From an uncultured Acidobacteriota bacterium (GTDB taxonomy: Bacteria; Acidobacteriota; Vicinamibacteria; Vicinamibacterales; Fen-181), in assembly GCA_963776495.1 (NCBI GenBank), contig CAVZMW010000006.1, forward strand, positions 843,211-907,210: DNA of 64,000 bases, written 5' to 3'. Position numbers and translations under genes: made by a program. Positions 1-9,456 of this stretch are shown piece by piece (positions within the stretch are counted from its first letter, which is position 1; every line of letters starts with the position of its first letter). The notes beneath the pieces were generated by a model, which was given only the letters and a program-made list of their open reading frames with translations, was not told the origin of the DNA and made no database searches.

Positions 1-158
1 GGCGAAGGCGGGACGCCTGTCAATCGGAACTGCTTGTCCGCCGAAGTCGCGACAGCGACGAAGGCGGAACGATGGGGAATCGGAGGCCGGGCCGAGGAAT
101 CACCGGCACCGGATCGGCCGGAAGCCTGTAGCCGGAAGCCTGTAGCCCGAAGCCTGCT

Positions 159-983
159 TCACTCCGCGATGTCCCTCATTCGGAAGTACCAGGCCGCGGG
201 CACGGCGAACAGCCCCGATGTGGCCAGGGCGACCGGGTAGAAGGACGTCAAGAACGGCGGTCGCAGGAAGGGCGAATCGCCACCCTGGGACAGCCGCGCC
301 GGAAGATCCTGGAGAGGGTAGAAGAAGTAACGAAGCAGGATGAACCGGGGGGACACGAGGTCGAAGGGGAGCATCGTCATGAACGCCAGCAGGAGGAACG
401 CCATCAGGGCCGCTGCCATTCCGGAGCCGACGGTGCGGCGGCAGCTGGCAGCAGCCATGGCGACGACGCTGATGGCGAGCATGAGCACGGCCAGGTCGAA
501 GGTGTACCGTGCGACCGGCGCGACGTCAGCCGCGCGAATGCCGCGGAATCCCGAATAGAGTCCCGTCCAGGCCAGCTCGGATGCGACGAGCGCCGTCGTG
601 AAGATCACGATGTGTGCGCCGATCCCTGTCCACTTGCCGAGGAGGTACTCGAGGCGCGTGAGCGGCTGGCAGCACCCCACCCGGACCATCCCGTATTGGC
701 CGTCCACCGTCGTCCAGAACGCCGCGAACGTCAGTATCGCCGCCTGAAACAGGAGCGACGTCCAGGTCGCCTTGAACGTGAGAAGAAGCGCCTGGATTGC
801 ATTCTCGAACGCCAGGCGTTCACCCGCCCGCTCCACGTGGTACAGCTCGAGAACGAACAAGTAGGTTCCAACAGGCAGGGCGACGAGGATCACGAGCGGT
901 ATCTTCGAGGCCCAGATCTTCAGAAACTCCGCGCGGGCCACCGCGGCGCAGCGCTGGATGCTGAACGGCACGGCACGCTTCAT
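159..983 (-). CDS. ABC-2 type transporter permease (multi-pass membrane protein)
   Basis: Only the C-terminal 274 codons of the 474-aa track ORF look real. An internal ATG at 983 (MKRAVPFSIQR...) is followed by about 6 hydrophobic segments. It overlaps the upstream ATPase stop by 4 nt (ATGA). Confidence 0.75.
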   Translation of the reverse strand: MKRAVPFSIQRCAAVARAEFLKIWASKIPLVILVALPVGTYLFVLELYHVERAGERLAFENAIQALLLTFKATWTSLLFQAAILTFAAFWTTVDGQYGMVRVGCCQPLTRLEYLLGKWTGIGAHIVIFTTALVASELAWTGLYSGFRGIRAADVAPVARYTFDLAVLMLAISVVAMAAASCRRTVGSGMAAALMAFLLLAFMTMLPFDLVSPRFILLRYFFYPLQDLPARLSQGGDSPFLRPPFLTSFYPVALATSGLFAVPAAWYFRMRDIAE

Positions 984-1909
984 TGAAGCCTCGTTTCGTC
1001 GTCTCCGTAGCGAGCCATGTAGGTGTCCTCGAGGCGGCGCCGCCGGGACGTCATCTCGAGGAGGTCGATCTTCGCCGCGACCAGGAGCGGCGCCAGCTCG
1101 GCCGCACGGTCCGCAGCCACTTGGCACGTGATGCCGACCGTCTCGTGGGAGATCTCCGCGACGAACGGCAATGCCTGCAGCGCAGCCGCGGCCTTCGAGT
1201 CGTCGCCGGTCCGCAGCCAGTAACGCACGAGGCCGTCGGGCCGATCGCCGGCGAGGTCCGTTTCCGCGAGCAGCTTCCCCCGGCGGATGAAGACGACCCG
1301 GTGGCACGTCTGCTCGATCTCGCCGAGCAGGTGGCTCGACATGAGAATGCTGGCGCCGGTCCGGCCGGGAAGTTCGCGCAGGAAGTTCCGCAGTTCGGCG
1401 ATGCCCGACGGATCGAGGCCGTTCATCGGTTCGTCGAGAACGAGCAGCGACGGCTGTGTGAACAGGGCCATCGCGATCCCGAGCCGCTGCTTCATCCCCA
1501 GCGAGAACTTGCCGACGCGCTTCCTCGATTCCGGCGCCAACCCCACGTCGCCGAGCGCGCTGTCGATGGCGACCTTGTCGCACGTGCCGCGCAGCCTGGC
1601 GACGTAAGCGAGGTGGTCGAACGCGGTGAGCATCGGGTAGATCGCCGGCGACTCGATCAAGGCGCCAACCCGCGACCGGAAGCCGATCGGGTCGCGGCGC
1701 TGGTCCACCCCGTCCAACAGGACCCGCCCGGAGTCGGGCGCAATCAAGCCGGTGACAATCCGGAGCGTCGTCGATTTGCCGGCGCCGTTCGGCCCAACGA
1801 AACCGACGATTTCGCCGGGTGCGACCGAGAACGACAAGCCGTCGACGGCGACCTGGCTGCCGAAGCGCTTGGTGATGCCCTCGACTCGAAGAGCGCCTGA
1901 TTCTCCCAT
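980..1909 (-). CDS. ABC transporter ATP-binding protein
   Basis: Walker A GPNGAGKST, signature FSLGMKQRL and Walker B LLVLDEP are present. GGAG lies 7 nt upstream of the ATG. Confidence 0.9.
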   Translation of the reverse strand: MGESGALRVEGITKRFGSQVAVDGLSFSVAPGEIVGFVGPNGAGKSTTLRIVTGLIAPDSGRVLLDGVDQRRDPIGFRSRVGALIESPAIYPMLTAFDHLAYVARLRGTCDKVAIDSALGDVGLAPESRKRVGKFSLGMKQRLGIAMALFTQPSLLVLDEPMNGLDPSGIAELRNFLRELPGRTGASILMSSHLLGEIEQTCHRVVFIRRGKLLAETDLAGDRPDGLVRYWLRTGDDSKAAAALQALPFVAEISHETVGITCQVAADRAAELAPLLVAAKIDLLEMTSRRRRLEDTYMARYGDDETRLQ

Positions 1910-2049
1910 CGTCGTCTCCGTCGGTGACGTGCGCGCGCTACACAGGAGGCCGCGATCCAGAACACCGCCAGCAGGGACGGGATGCGTCGCGAGCGGCCCA
2001 CGAGCAACGCGCCCGGCCCTACTGGCGAATCAGAAGCGCGGCTGCTCAT

Positions 2050-2253
2050 TTAGTCGTTCTCGGCGTCCGCGTCGAAGATGCGCTCGAGAGCCTGGCCGAA
2101 CAGTCGGCCGTTCGAGAAGGCGAGCGGCAGGCTGGGATCGTAGCGGCCGGTCCCGATGGCGATGATCGTCTGGCGCGACACGCCCAGCCGCTCCGCCAGG
2201 TCGGCCTGGGACCAGCGACGCTCGGCACGAAGGACGCGCAGGGTGTTCTTCAT
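2050..2253 (-). CDS. Short XRE-family HTH transcriptional regulator (YozG-like, 67 aa)
   Basis: MKNTLRVLRAERRWSQADLAERLGVSRQTIIAIGTGRYDPSLPLA is a typical Cro/C1 HTH. The internal ATG at 2253 is used because the upstream part of the track ORF is overlap noise. Confidence 0.8.
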   Translation of the reverse strand: MKNTLRVLRAERRWSQADLAERLGVSRQTIIAIGTGRYDPSLPLAFSNGRLFGQALERIFDADAEND

Positions 2254-2263
2254 GGCGATCCAG

Positions 2264-2518
2264 CTACCGATACCGGAGAGCCGCGATCTGCCAGCCCACC
2301 CACCAGAACAGCAGCAGCGACATCGTGACCGACTGCGCGCGCAACGCCGGGAGCCACCGCTCGAAGAGGGCGTAGCCCATGGCGGCCCCGTCGATGTAAA
2401 TGTGCCGCTGAAGTTCATCGGTCCTGGCGAGGAGCCGGCTGAAGAGCGCGACGGCGGCGACGAGAAACCAGGCCACGCCGACATGAGCCGAACGGGCGGA
2501 TGAATCGGGCTGGAGCAC
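2264..2518 (-). CDS. Small 2-TM membrane protein (84 aa), first gene of the XRE/ABC-2 operon
   Basis: GTG start at 2518 is preceded by GGAGG 5 nt upstream. Two hydrophobic helices are present (VAWFLVAAVALF and LLLFWWVGWQIAAL). The start is inferred. Confidence 0.5.
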   Translation of the reverse strand: MLQPDSSARSAHVGVAWFLVAAVALFSRLLARTDELQRHIYIDGAAMGYALFERWLPALRAQSVTMSLLLFWWVGWQIAALRYR

Positions 2519-2533
2519 GTGCGCCTCCGCGCA

Positions 2534-2578
2534 GAATGTAAAGGAGGCTGTTCCTAATGTCGAGTGTGCTTTACATTC
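2534..2578 (-). promoter_or_regulatory. Predicted promoter plus operator: perfect 10-bp inverted repeat flanking TCGACA-N17-TACATT
   Basis: GAATGTAAAG (2534-2543) and CTTTACATTC (2569-2578) are exact reverse complements. On the minus strand the -35 is at 2563-2558 and the -10 at 2540-2535, and the promoter-proximal arm overlaps the -10. Confidence 0.5.
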
Positions 2579-2648
2579 GCTGGCTGGCGGCTGGCGGCTG
2601 GCGGCTGGCGGCTGGCGGCTGGCGGCTGACGGCTGACGGCTGACGGCC
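2579..2648. repeat. Heptanucleotide tandem array (GGCGGCT)x6 then (GACGGCT)x3
   Basis: Read directly from the sequence: gctggct ggcggct x6 gacggct x3. Confidence 0.95.
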
Positions 2649-2697
2649 AGGGCGGAGGCTGGGGCGTGGGGTGTGGGGCGGCTCAGGTACAAAGAAA

Positions 2698-2719
2698 GGG
2701 CGGCCCTTTCGAGCCGCCC
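2698..2719 (-). terminator. Rho-independent-like terminator downstream of gdhA
   Basis: Stem GGGCGGC/GCCGCCC with an 8-nt loop, followed on the minus strand by TTTCTTTGTA. Confidence 0.5.
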
Positions 2720-2731
2720 CTTGATTACACA

Positions 2732-2829
2732 GCGTCAGTTCCGATTGACTCGCGTCAGTTCCGATTGACGAGCGTCAGTTCCGATTGACCTGCGTCCGTC
2801 CCGATTGACGAACGTCAGCTCCGATTCGT

Positions 2830-2831
<2 letters not shown>
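2732..2831. repeat. 5 x 20-bp tandem repeat (GCGTCAGTTCCGATTGACnn) abutting and overlapping the gdhA stop codon
   Basis: There are five consecutive 20-mers. The first three are near-identical and the last two are degenerate. Each contains GTCA-N8-TGAC. Confidence 0.95.
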
Positions 2832-4116
<1,285 letters not shown>

Positions 4117-4287
4117 GGATTATCCCCTCTCTCTGCTGCGTATCCGCCTCGATGGAGGCGGTAGTAAAACCCTCGCCTTCACGCGAACGACCAAAAATTC
4201 TATCACGTGGGTTCCGGCCGTCTACCGGCTGGTACCTGGGGGGACTCGGCTGCTGGCCGGTCTGCAAGCCCCGATGCTGCTGTGAAA

Positions 4288-4316
4288 AATATACATCTGA
4301 TAGGCGTCTGTGGCAA
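4288..4316 (-). promoter_or_regulatory. Candidate sigma70-type promoter for gdhA (TTGCCA-N17-TATATT)
   Basis: Lies in the only AT-rich island of the 4117-4481 divergent region. The minus-strand -35 is at 4316-4311 and the -10 at 4293-4288. The palindrome AACAGAcaagtTCTGTT (4323-4339) sits just upstream. Confidence 0.4.
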
Positions 4317-4481
4317 ATGAACAACAGACAAGTTCTGTTAACTGAATTTATTTTTCATGTCAAGAGGGGAAACACCATGTGGAGAGGCAGCCAGATTCGG
4401 GCAGCCGGGCTGGCACGGCGTGACCAGCCCGACACCGCCCGAAGCCTCAGGTCCGAGGCGTGAAGCCTGTAGAATCGTCGA

Positions 4482-6767
4482 ATGCCGATCTCGACGCTCC
4501 GCCTCGCCGTCCCGTGTCTTGCCGCGTTCGTGGCATCCGTCTTGCCCGCCGTTCCCGCGCCCGCCCCCGCCGAAGGCCGCGTGCGGCACGCGATGACGGT
4601 CGGCATCGACCCGCCATCACACACGCTGACGGTGACCGATCGGGTGCAGCTCGCGTCGCGTCCGGCGGGCGGCGTCATCGACTTCGTGCTGAACTCGGCG
4701 TTGAAAGTCGCGAGCAGCACGCCGGCCGTCGTCGAAGTGCCGCTCGGCTCCGCCTCGGCCCTCTTCGGCATCAACGGCTCGGGCGACGCGGCCTCCCGCC
4801 AGATTGGCGTCAAGCGCTACCGGGCCAGGCTCGCCCCGGGGCAGGCGTCGCTGTCGATCACGTATCGCGGTGCGATGGAATTCGGCCTCTCCGATCAGAA
4901 GGAAGAGTACACGCGCGGCTTCCGCGAGTCGGCCGGCATGCTCGGACCGGAGGGGATCTACCTGACCGGCGCGAGCTACTGGTATCCCTCGTTCGACCAG
5001 GGGCTCGTCGACTTCGACCTGACGGTCGCGCAGCCGCCCGACTGGCACGTCGTTTCACAGGGCAACGGCACCTCGCGCGACCCGCGCGGCGGCTCGCGGT
5101 GGGAATCGGGCGGGCCGATGGACGAGATCGACCTGGTCGGCGGTCCGCTCCAGGTCTGGCGCGGGGCGGCCGGGCCGGTCGAGACGCTCGTCTACCTCCA
5201 CGACCGGGACGATGCGCTGGCCGCGAAGTACCTGGCGGCGACGGCGCAGTACCTGGAGATGTACCGGGAACTCGTCGGCCCGTATCCGTACCGCAAGTTC
5301 GCGCTGGTCGAGAACTTCTGGGAGACGGGCTACGGCATGCCGACCTTCACGCTGCTCGGCCACGACATCATCAGGTTCCCGTTCATCATCACCTCGTCGT
5401 ACCCGCACGAGATCCTGCACAACTGGTGGGGGAACTCGGTGTTCGTGGACTACTCGTCGGGCAACTGGTGCGAGGGGCTGACGGCCTACCTCGCCGACCA
5501 TCTCCTGGCCGAGCAGCGAGGCGGCGGCGACGAGTACCGCCGTTCCACGCTGCAGAAGTACCGCGACTACGTGCGGGCCGGGAGCGACTTCCCGCTGACC
5601 GCGTTCCGCTCGCGCGAGAGCGCCTCGACCGAGGCGGTCGGTTACGGCAAGGCGCTGATGGCCTTCCACATGCTGCGGATGGAGATCGGCGACAGCCAGT
5701 TCCGCCAGGTGCTGCGGCGTTTCTACCAGGACTTCGAGGGCCGCCGCGCCTCGTTCTCAGACATCGAGAAGACGGCGGAGACGGTGGCCGGCCGGGACCT
5801 CAGCCGGTTCTTCAGGGATTGGGTCGGGCGCGCGGGCGCCCCCGTGTTGGCGGTCGAGGTGACCGCGGTGCGGCCCGACACCTCGCGCGCGGGTGCGGGA
5901 TTCGTCGTCGAAGGCACGCTTCGCCAGACGCAGGGAGGCGAGCCGTTCGCCGTGGACGTGCCCGTCGTCGTCCAGACCGCCACCGGATCGGTCCGCCACG
6001 TCGTGCGCCTTGCGTCTTCAGCCGAACGTTTCACCGTGTCCTCTCCCGGCGTGCCGCTGATGGTGCACGTCGATCCGTGGTTCGACGTGTTCCGCAAGCT
6101 GGACCCGCGCGAGACGCCGCCGTCGGTCAGCCAGATCTTCGGGGAGCCGCGCGTGCTGGCGGTGCTGCCCTCGGAGGCCCCGGCGGCCGAGATCGCCGCG
6201 TGGCGCGAGTTGTTTCGCGGGTGGCAGAGCGGCAGTCACGCCATCGAGGTGAAGCTCGACACCGAGGTGGCGGAGTTGCCAGCCGACCGGGCGGTGTGGG
6301 TGGCGGGCCGGACCAATCGGTGGGCGTCGCGGGCGCTGGCCACGGGGCCGCGCGGACTCACGGTGGGCGAGTCGGCCGTCGCGATCGACGGGATGTCGCT
6401 CGAACTGGCGAAGAGCGCCATCGTGCTCACCGCCCGCCATCCGGGCAACGTGGAGAAGGCGGTGGGGCTGCTGCTCGCCGACTCGGTCGCCGCCCTGCCT
6501 GCACTCGGCCGCAAGCTGCCGCATTACGGCAAGTACTCGTATCTCGGCTTCGAGGGAAACGACGCGACCAACGTCGCGAAGGGGCAGTGGCAGGAATCCG
6601 ACTCGCCGCTCGACGTGGATATTCGCCGTCTCGCGGCGGCGGCGGCTGGCGTCGCCGAGACGACGCTGCCGCGCCCGGCGCCGCTCGGGAACGACGGGCG
6701 CAAGGCGCTCGCGGAGTTGCCCGCGACGGTACCCGCCGCCGGCGGACGCGGAGGCATCAGAAACTGA
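4482..6767 (+). CDS. Secreted M1-like zinc metallopeptidase (gluzincin)
   Basis: N-terminal signal-like segment. HEILHNWWGN...E is an HEXXH plus downstream Glu motif. No SD; a -10-like TAGAAT lies 6 nt upstream of the ATG. Confidence 0.8.
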   Translation: MPISTLRLAVPCLAAFVASVLPAVPAPAPAEGRVRHAMTVGIDPPSHTLTVTDRVQLASRPAGGVIDFVLNSALKVASSTPAVVEVPLGSASALFGINGSGDAASRQIGVKRYRARLAPGQASLSITYRGAMEFGLSDQKEEYTRGFRESAGMLGPEGIYLTGASYWYPSFDQGLVDFDLTVAQPPDWHVVSQGNGTSRDPRGGSRWESGGPMDEIDLVGGPLQVWRGAAGPVETLVYLHDRDDALAAKYLAATAQYLEMYRELVGPYPYRKFALVENFWETGYGMPTFTLLGHDIIRFPFIITSSYPHEILHNWWGNSVFVDYSSGNWCEGLTAYLADHLLAEQRGGGDEYRRSTLQKYRDYVRAGSDFPLTAFRSRESASTEAVGYGKALMAFHMLRMEIGDSQFRQVLRRFYQDFEGRRASFSDIEKTAETVAGRDLSRFFRDWVGRAGAPVLAVEVTAVRPDTSRAGAGFVVEGTLRQTQGGEPFAVDVPVVVQTATGSVRHVVRLASSAERFTVSSPGVPLMVHVDPWFDVFRKLDPRETPPSVSQIFGEPRVLAVLPSEAPAAEIAAWRELFRGWQSGSHAIEVKLDTEVAELPADRAVWVAGRTNRWASRALATGPRGLTVGESAVAIDGMSLELAKSAIVLTARHPGNVEKAVGLLLADSVAALPALGRKLPHYGKYSYLGFEGNDATNVAKGQWQESDSPLDVDIRRLAAAAAGVAETTLPRPAPLGNDGRKALAELPATVPAAGGRGGIRN

Positions 6768-9438
6768 AGCGGACCCCGGTCTGCACGCGCCGCGCCGTGC
6801 CGGCGCTGGTCGGTTGGCCAAACACCAGCGACCCGAGCACGCCGCCGTAGCTCGTGTAGTTCGTGCGATTGAACAGATTCTGCCCCGACAGGTAGACGTC
6901 GATCCGGAACCGGCGGTCGCTCGGGCCCCCTGCGAACCCTGCCGCCATCGCCCCTCCGCCAACGCCGCCGCTGACGACGGTGACCTGCGTGCCGCCCCCG
7001 CCGCCGCCCGACCGCGCGGGGCCGAAGCCCCAGCCGTACCAGATCCGCCCGCCGACGTCCACCATCGCCGATCCGCGCGCCGAGTTGCGCGAGTAGCCGG
7101 CCGGCCGGTCGTTGAACACGCCGTCGAGGTTGTCGTCTCCCCCGGTCGTGATGTTGTAGGGCAGCGCCGACCGGGCGCTCACGGTGAACGCGACGGTGAG
7201 GTTGCTGACCGGCTGGACGTTGATCATCCCGCCGAGCCGATGCCGCGAGTCGCCGCTCGACGGGCCCCAGTCGGCGGCGAGATCGTCGGCGACCGTCGGG
7301 GTCGAAGACGCGCCGCCCGTGTCGGTCCGGCTGCTCGACAGCGTGTAGGTCGCGAAGAGGAGCAGCCGGTGCCAGTTCATCTTGTTGAGGTTCCAGGCGA
7401 CGTTGAGCGCGTGCGACCGTGAGGCGGCGTCCGAGACCAGCACGTACTCGTCCGCATACGCCGGGTCCGGGCGCACCCCCGTCACCGGGATGTTGATGTC
7501 GCGAGAACGGAGCAGGCCCGCGCCGAAGCCCGCCGTGTAGCCCACCGTCAGCCTCGAGTTCGGCGTCAGCACCCGGTCCACCGCCACGCTGAGGCGGTGC
7601 GCATTCGGCAGGGCGACGCCGTCCGACCAGAGATAGCGGTTGGTGGCCCTCGCGGTCAGCGCGCCCGGGTCGGGGTAGGCCGGGTTGGCGATGCTCACCT
7701 CGCGGAGGTGGGACCCGTCCACGAGCAGCGTCTGCTTGTAGGTGTCGGTCGCGATCCAGTCGTAGAAGTACCCGTAGCTCGCGCGGAAGGTGAGCGACCC
7801 GTCGCGCCGGGGCGACCAGGCGGCGCTCACCCTCGGCGAGAGGTTCCACGCGTCGGAGACGTGCGTCTCGAGGCCGTAGCGCACGCCGAACGAGAGCAGC
7901 AGGCTGCGCCGGAGACGCCAGTCGTCCTGGACGTAACCCGCGGCCTGCACCTGCGCGTACTGCACGTACGGATTGCCGATGCGGCGCGTGTAGAGCGCCG
8001 GGATTCCCGCGTTGTATGCGTCGAGGGCGGTCTTCGGGTCGAGGGGGTCGGGAATCGGCGCGAACGTGTAGGTGCCGAGGTAGTTCGACGTGTCGTCGGA
8101 GGTGTAGCGCCCCCCTTCGAGCAGCACGCCGGTCCGCCACGAGTGGTTCCCCCGGACGTAATCCAGGTCGGACGCTGCCTCGAACGTGACATCCCGGCGC
8201 CCGCCGCGCATCTGGGCGCCGCCAGAGTTGAAGTAGCCGTTGACCTGCAGCGCGACCGCCTCGCTGTTCGACGCGTACGAGGTGTCCGACCACCGCACCT
8301 GCAGCCGCGACTCGGTGAAGAACCGGCGGCCGAGCGGCCCGTTCTCGGAGAGCCGGACCATGTTGGTCGCGGCCGTGCTCGAATACCCCCGTTCGACGAG
8401 GTTGACGTCGCCGACGCCGAGGTTCTGCTGTTCGGAACTCGTCCGATCGAAGCTCAACCTCAGCGCGTGGTCCTTCTTGTACACGTGGTCGATCCGCGCG
8501 CTCAGGTTCCAGCGCTTCAGCGGCTGCTGGTAGGACCCCGCGAACGTGCGGTTGTCGGGCAGAGTGGCGAACACGTTCGACGCGAGATCCTGCGAGGTCA
8601 CGCCGGCCGACATCGAGAACGACGTCCTGTTGGGCGTGATCGTGCCCGACAGCGAGAAGTTGCCCTGGCGCAGCTGCTCCTCCGGCTTGACCGGCGTCAT
8701 CGGGTTGCGCGCCTCGAGCGCGTCGTCGAAGAACGTGAAGTCGGTGCTGCCGCGCAGCGGCCCGGCGCCCGGCATCGTCATGATGTCGATGAAGAGCGCG
8801 CCGCTCATGCCGCCGTGGTTCTGGGCGGCGAACATGTCGAGCCGGGGGAGGCGAATCGATCGGATCTGCGACTTGGGCGGCAGGCGGCCGCCGCTGAACC
8901 CGTCCACGCGGATCGTCGCGCCCGGCGGGGCCATGCCCTTGAGCACGGCCTCCATCTCGTCCGGGTCGTCGGGCAGCGACTCGATCTGCTCCCGCGTGAG
9001 GACGGTGCTGAACGCCGAGCCGCGCGGATCGAACGCCTCGCTCTGCTTGTCGCGCGTGACCGTGACGTCCTGGTCGAGCTTCTTGAGCGAGAGTGTGACC
9101 GTGCGCCGGTTGTCGCCGGCGCGGAGACGCACGTCGCGGACCTCGGCCGTCTGGAACCCCGGGAACTCGACCCGGACCGTGTACCGGCCCGGCGCCAGGT
9201 TCTCGGCGACGGCAACCCCCGTGCCCGAGGCGCGCAGGTCCTGGTGCACGCCGGAAAGGGCGTCATCCTGGCCCGCCACGACGAGGACGGCGCCGGGCAG
9301 CACGGCGCCGGTCTGGTCGAGGACCGTGACGAGCAGCCGCGCGCGACCGGACGCGGTCTGTGCGTCCGCGACCGGCGACGCCAGAACGCCGACCGACACC
9401 AGCAGCGAGACGAAGAAAGACGACCTGCGCGGCGCCAT
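6757..9438 (-). CDS. Oar-like TonB-dependent-receptor-type outer-membrane beta-barrel with N-terminal carboxypeptidase-regulatory-like domain
   Basis: Signal peptide ends at ADAQ. The segment RLLVTVLDQTGAVLPGAVLVV...YTVRVEFPGFQ is a CarboxypepD_reg-like fold. Long beta-rich body and a C-terminal ...VRFSF aromatic terminus. Confidence 0.8.
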   Translation of the reverse strand: MAPRRSSFFVSLLVSVGVLASPVADAQTASGRARLLVTVLDQTGAVLPGAVLVVAGQDDALSGVHQDLRASGTGVAVAENLAPGRYTVRVEFPGFQTAEVRDVRLRAGDNRRTVTLSLKKLDQDVTVTRDKQSEAFDPRGSAFSTVLTREQIESLPDDPDEMEAVLKGMAPPGATIRVDGFSGGRLPPKSQIRSIRLPRLDMFAAQNHGGMSGALFIDIMTMPGAGPLRGSTDFTFFDDALEARNPMTPVKPEEQLRQGNFSLSGTITPNRTSFSMSAGVTSQDLASNVFATLPDNRTFAGSYQQPLKRWNLSARIDHVYKKDHALRLSFDRTSSEQQNLGVGDVNLVERGYSSTAATNMVRLSENGPLGRRFFTESRLQVRWSDTSYASNSEAVALQVNGYFNSGGAQMRGGRRDVTFEAASDLDYVRGNHSWRTGVLLEGGRYTSDDTSNYLGTYTFAPIPDPLDPKTALDAYNAGIPALYTRRIGNPYVQYAQVQAAGYVQDDWRLRRSLLLSFGVRYGLETHVSDAWNLSPRVSAAWSPRRDGSLTFRASYGYFYDWIATDTYKQTLLVDGSHLREVSIANPAYPDPGALTARATNRYLWSDGVALPNAHRLSVAVDRVLTPNSRLTVGYTAGFGAGLLRSRDINIPVTGVRPDPAYADEYVLVSDAASRSHALNVAWNLNKMNWHRLLLFATYTLSSSRTDTGGASSTPTVADDLAADWGPSSGDSRHRLGGMINVQPVSNLTVAFTVSARSALPYNITTGGDDNLDGVFNDRPAGYSRNSARGSAMVDVGGRIWYGWGFGPARSGGGGGGTQVTVVSGGVGGGAMAAGFAGGPSDRRFRIDVYLSGQNLFNRTNYTSYGGVLGSLVFGQPTSAGTARRVQTGVRFSF

Positions 9439-9456
9439 GTTCGTTCCGCCCCCCGC

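Noticed and set aside
1744-2049. 101-aa ORF whose ATG immediately follows the XRE regulator stop (TAAATG) and contains one hydrophobic segment
   Set aside because: It overlaps the ABC ATPase gene by 166 nt in another frame and is Arg-rich after the first 45 residues. At most a short peptide confined to 1910-2049 could be real, and I cannot support that from sequence alone.
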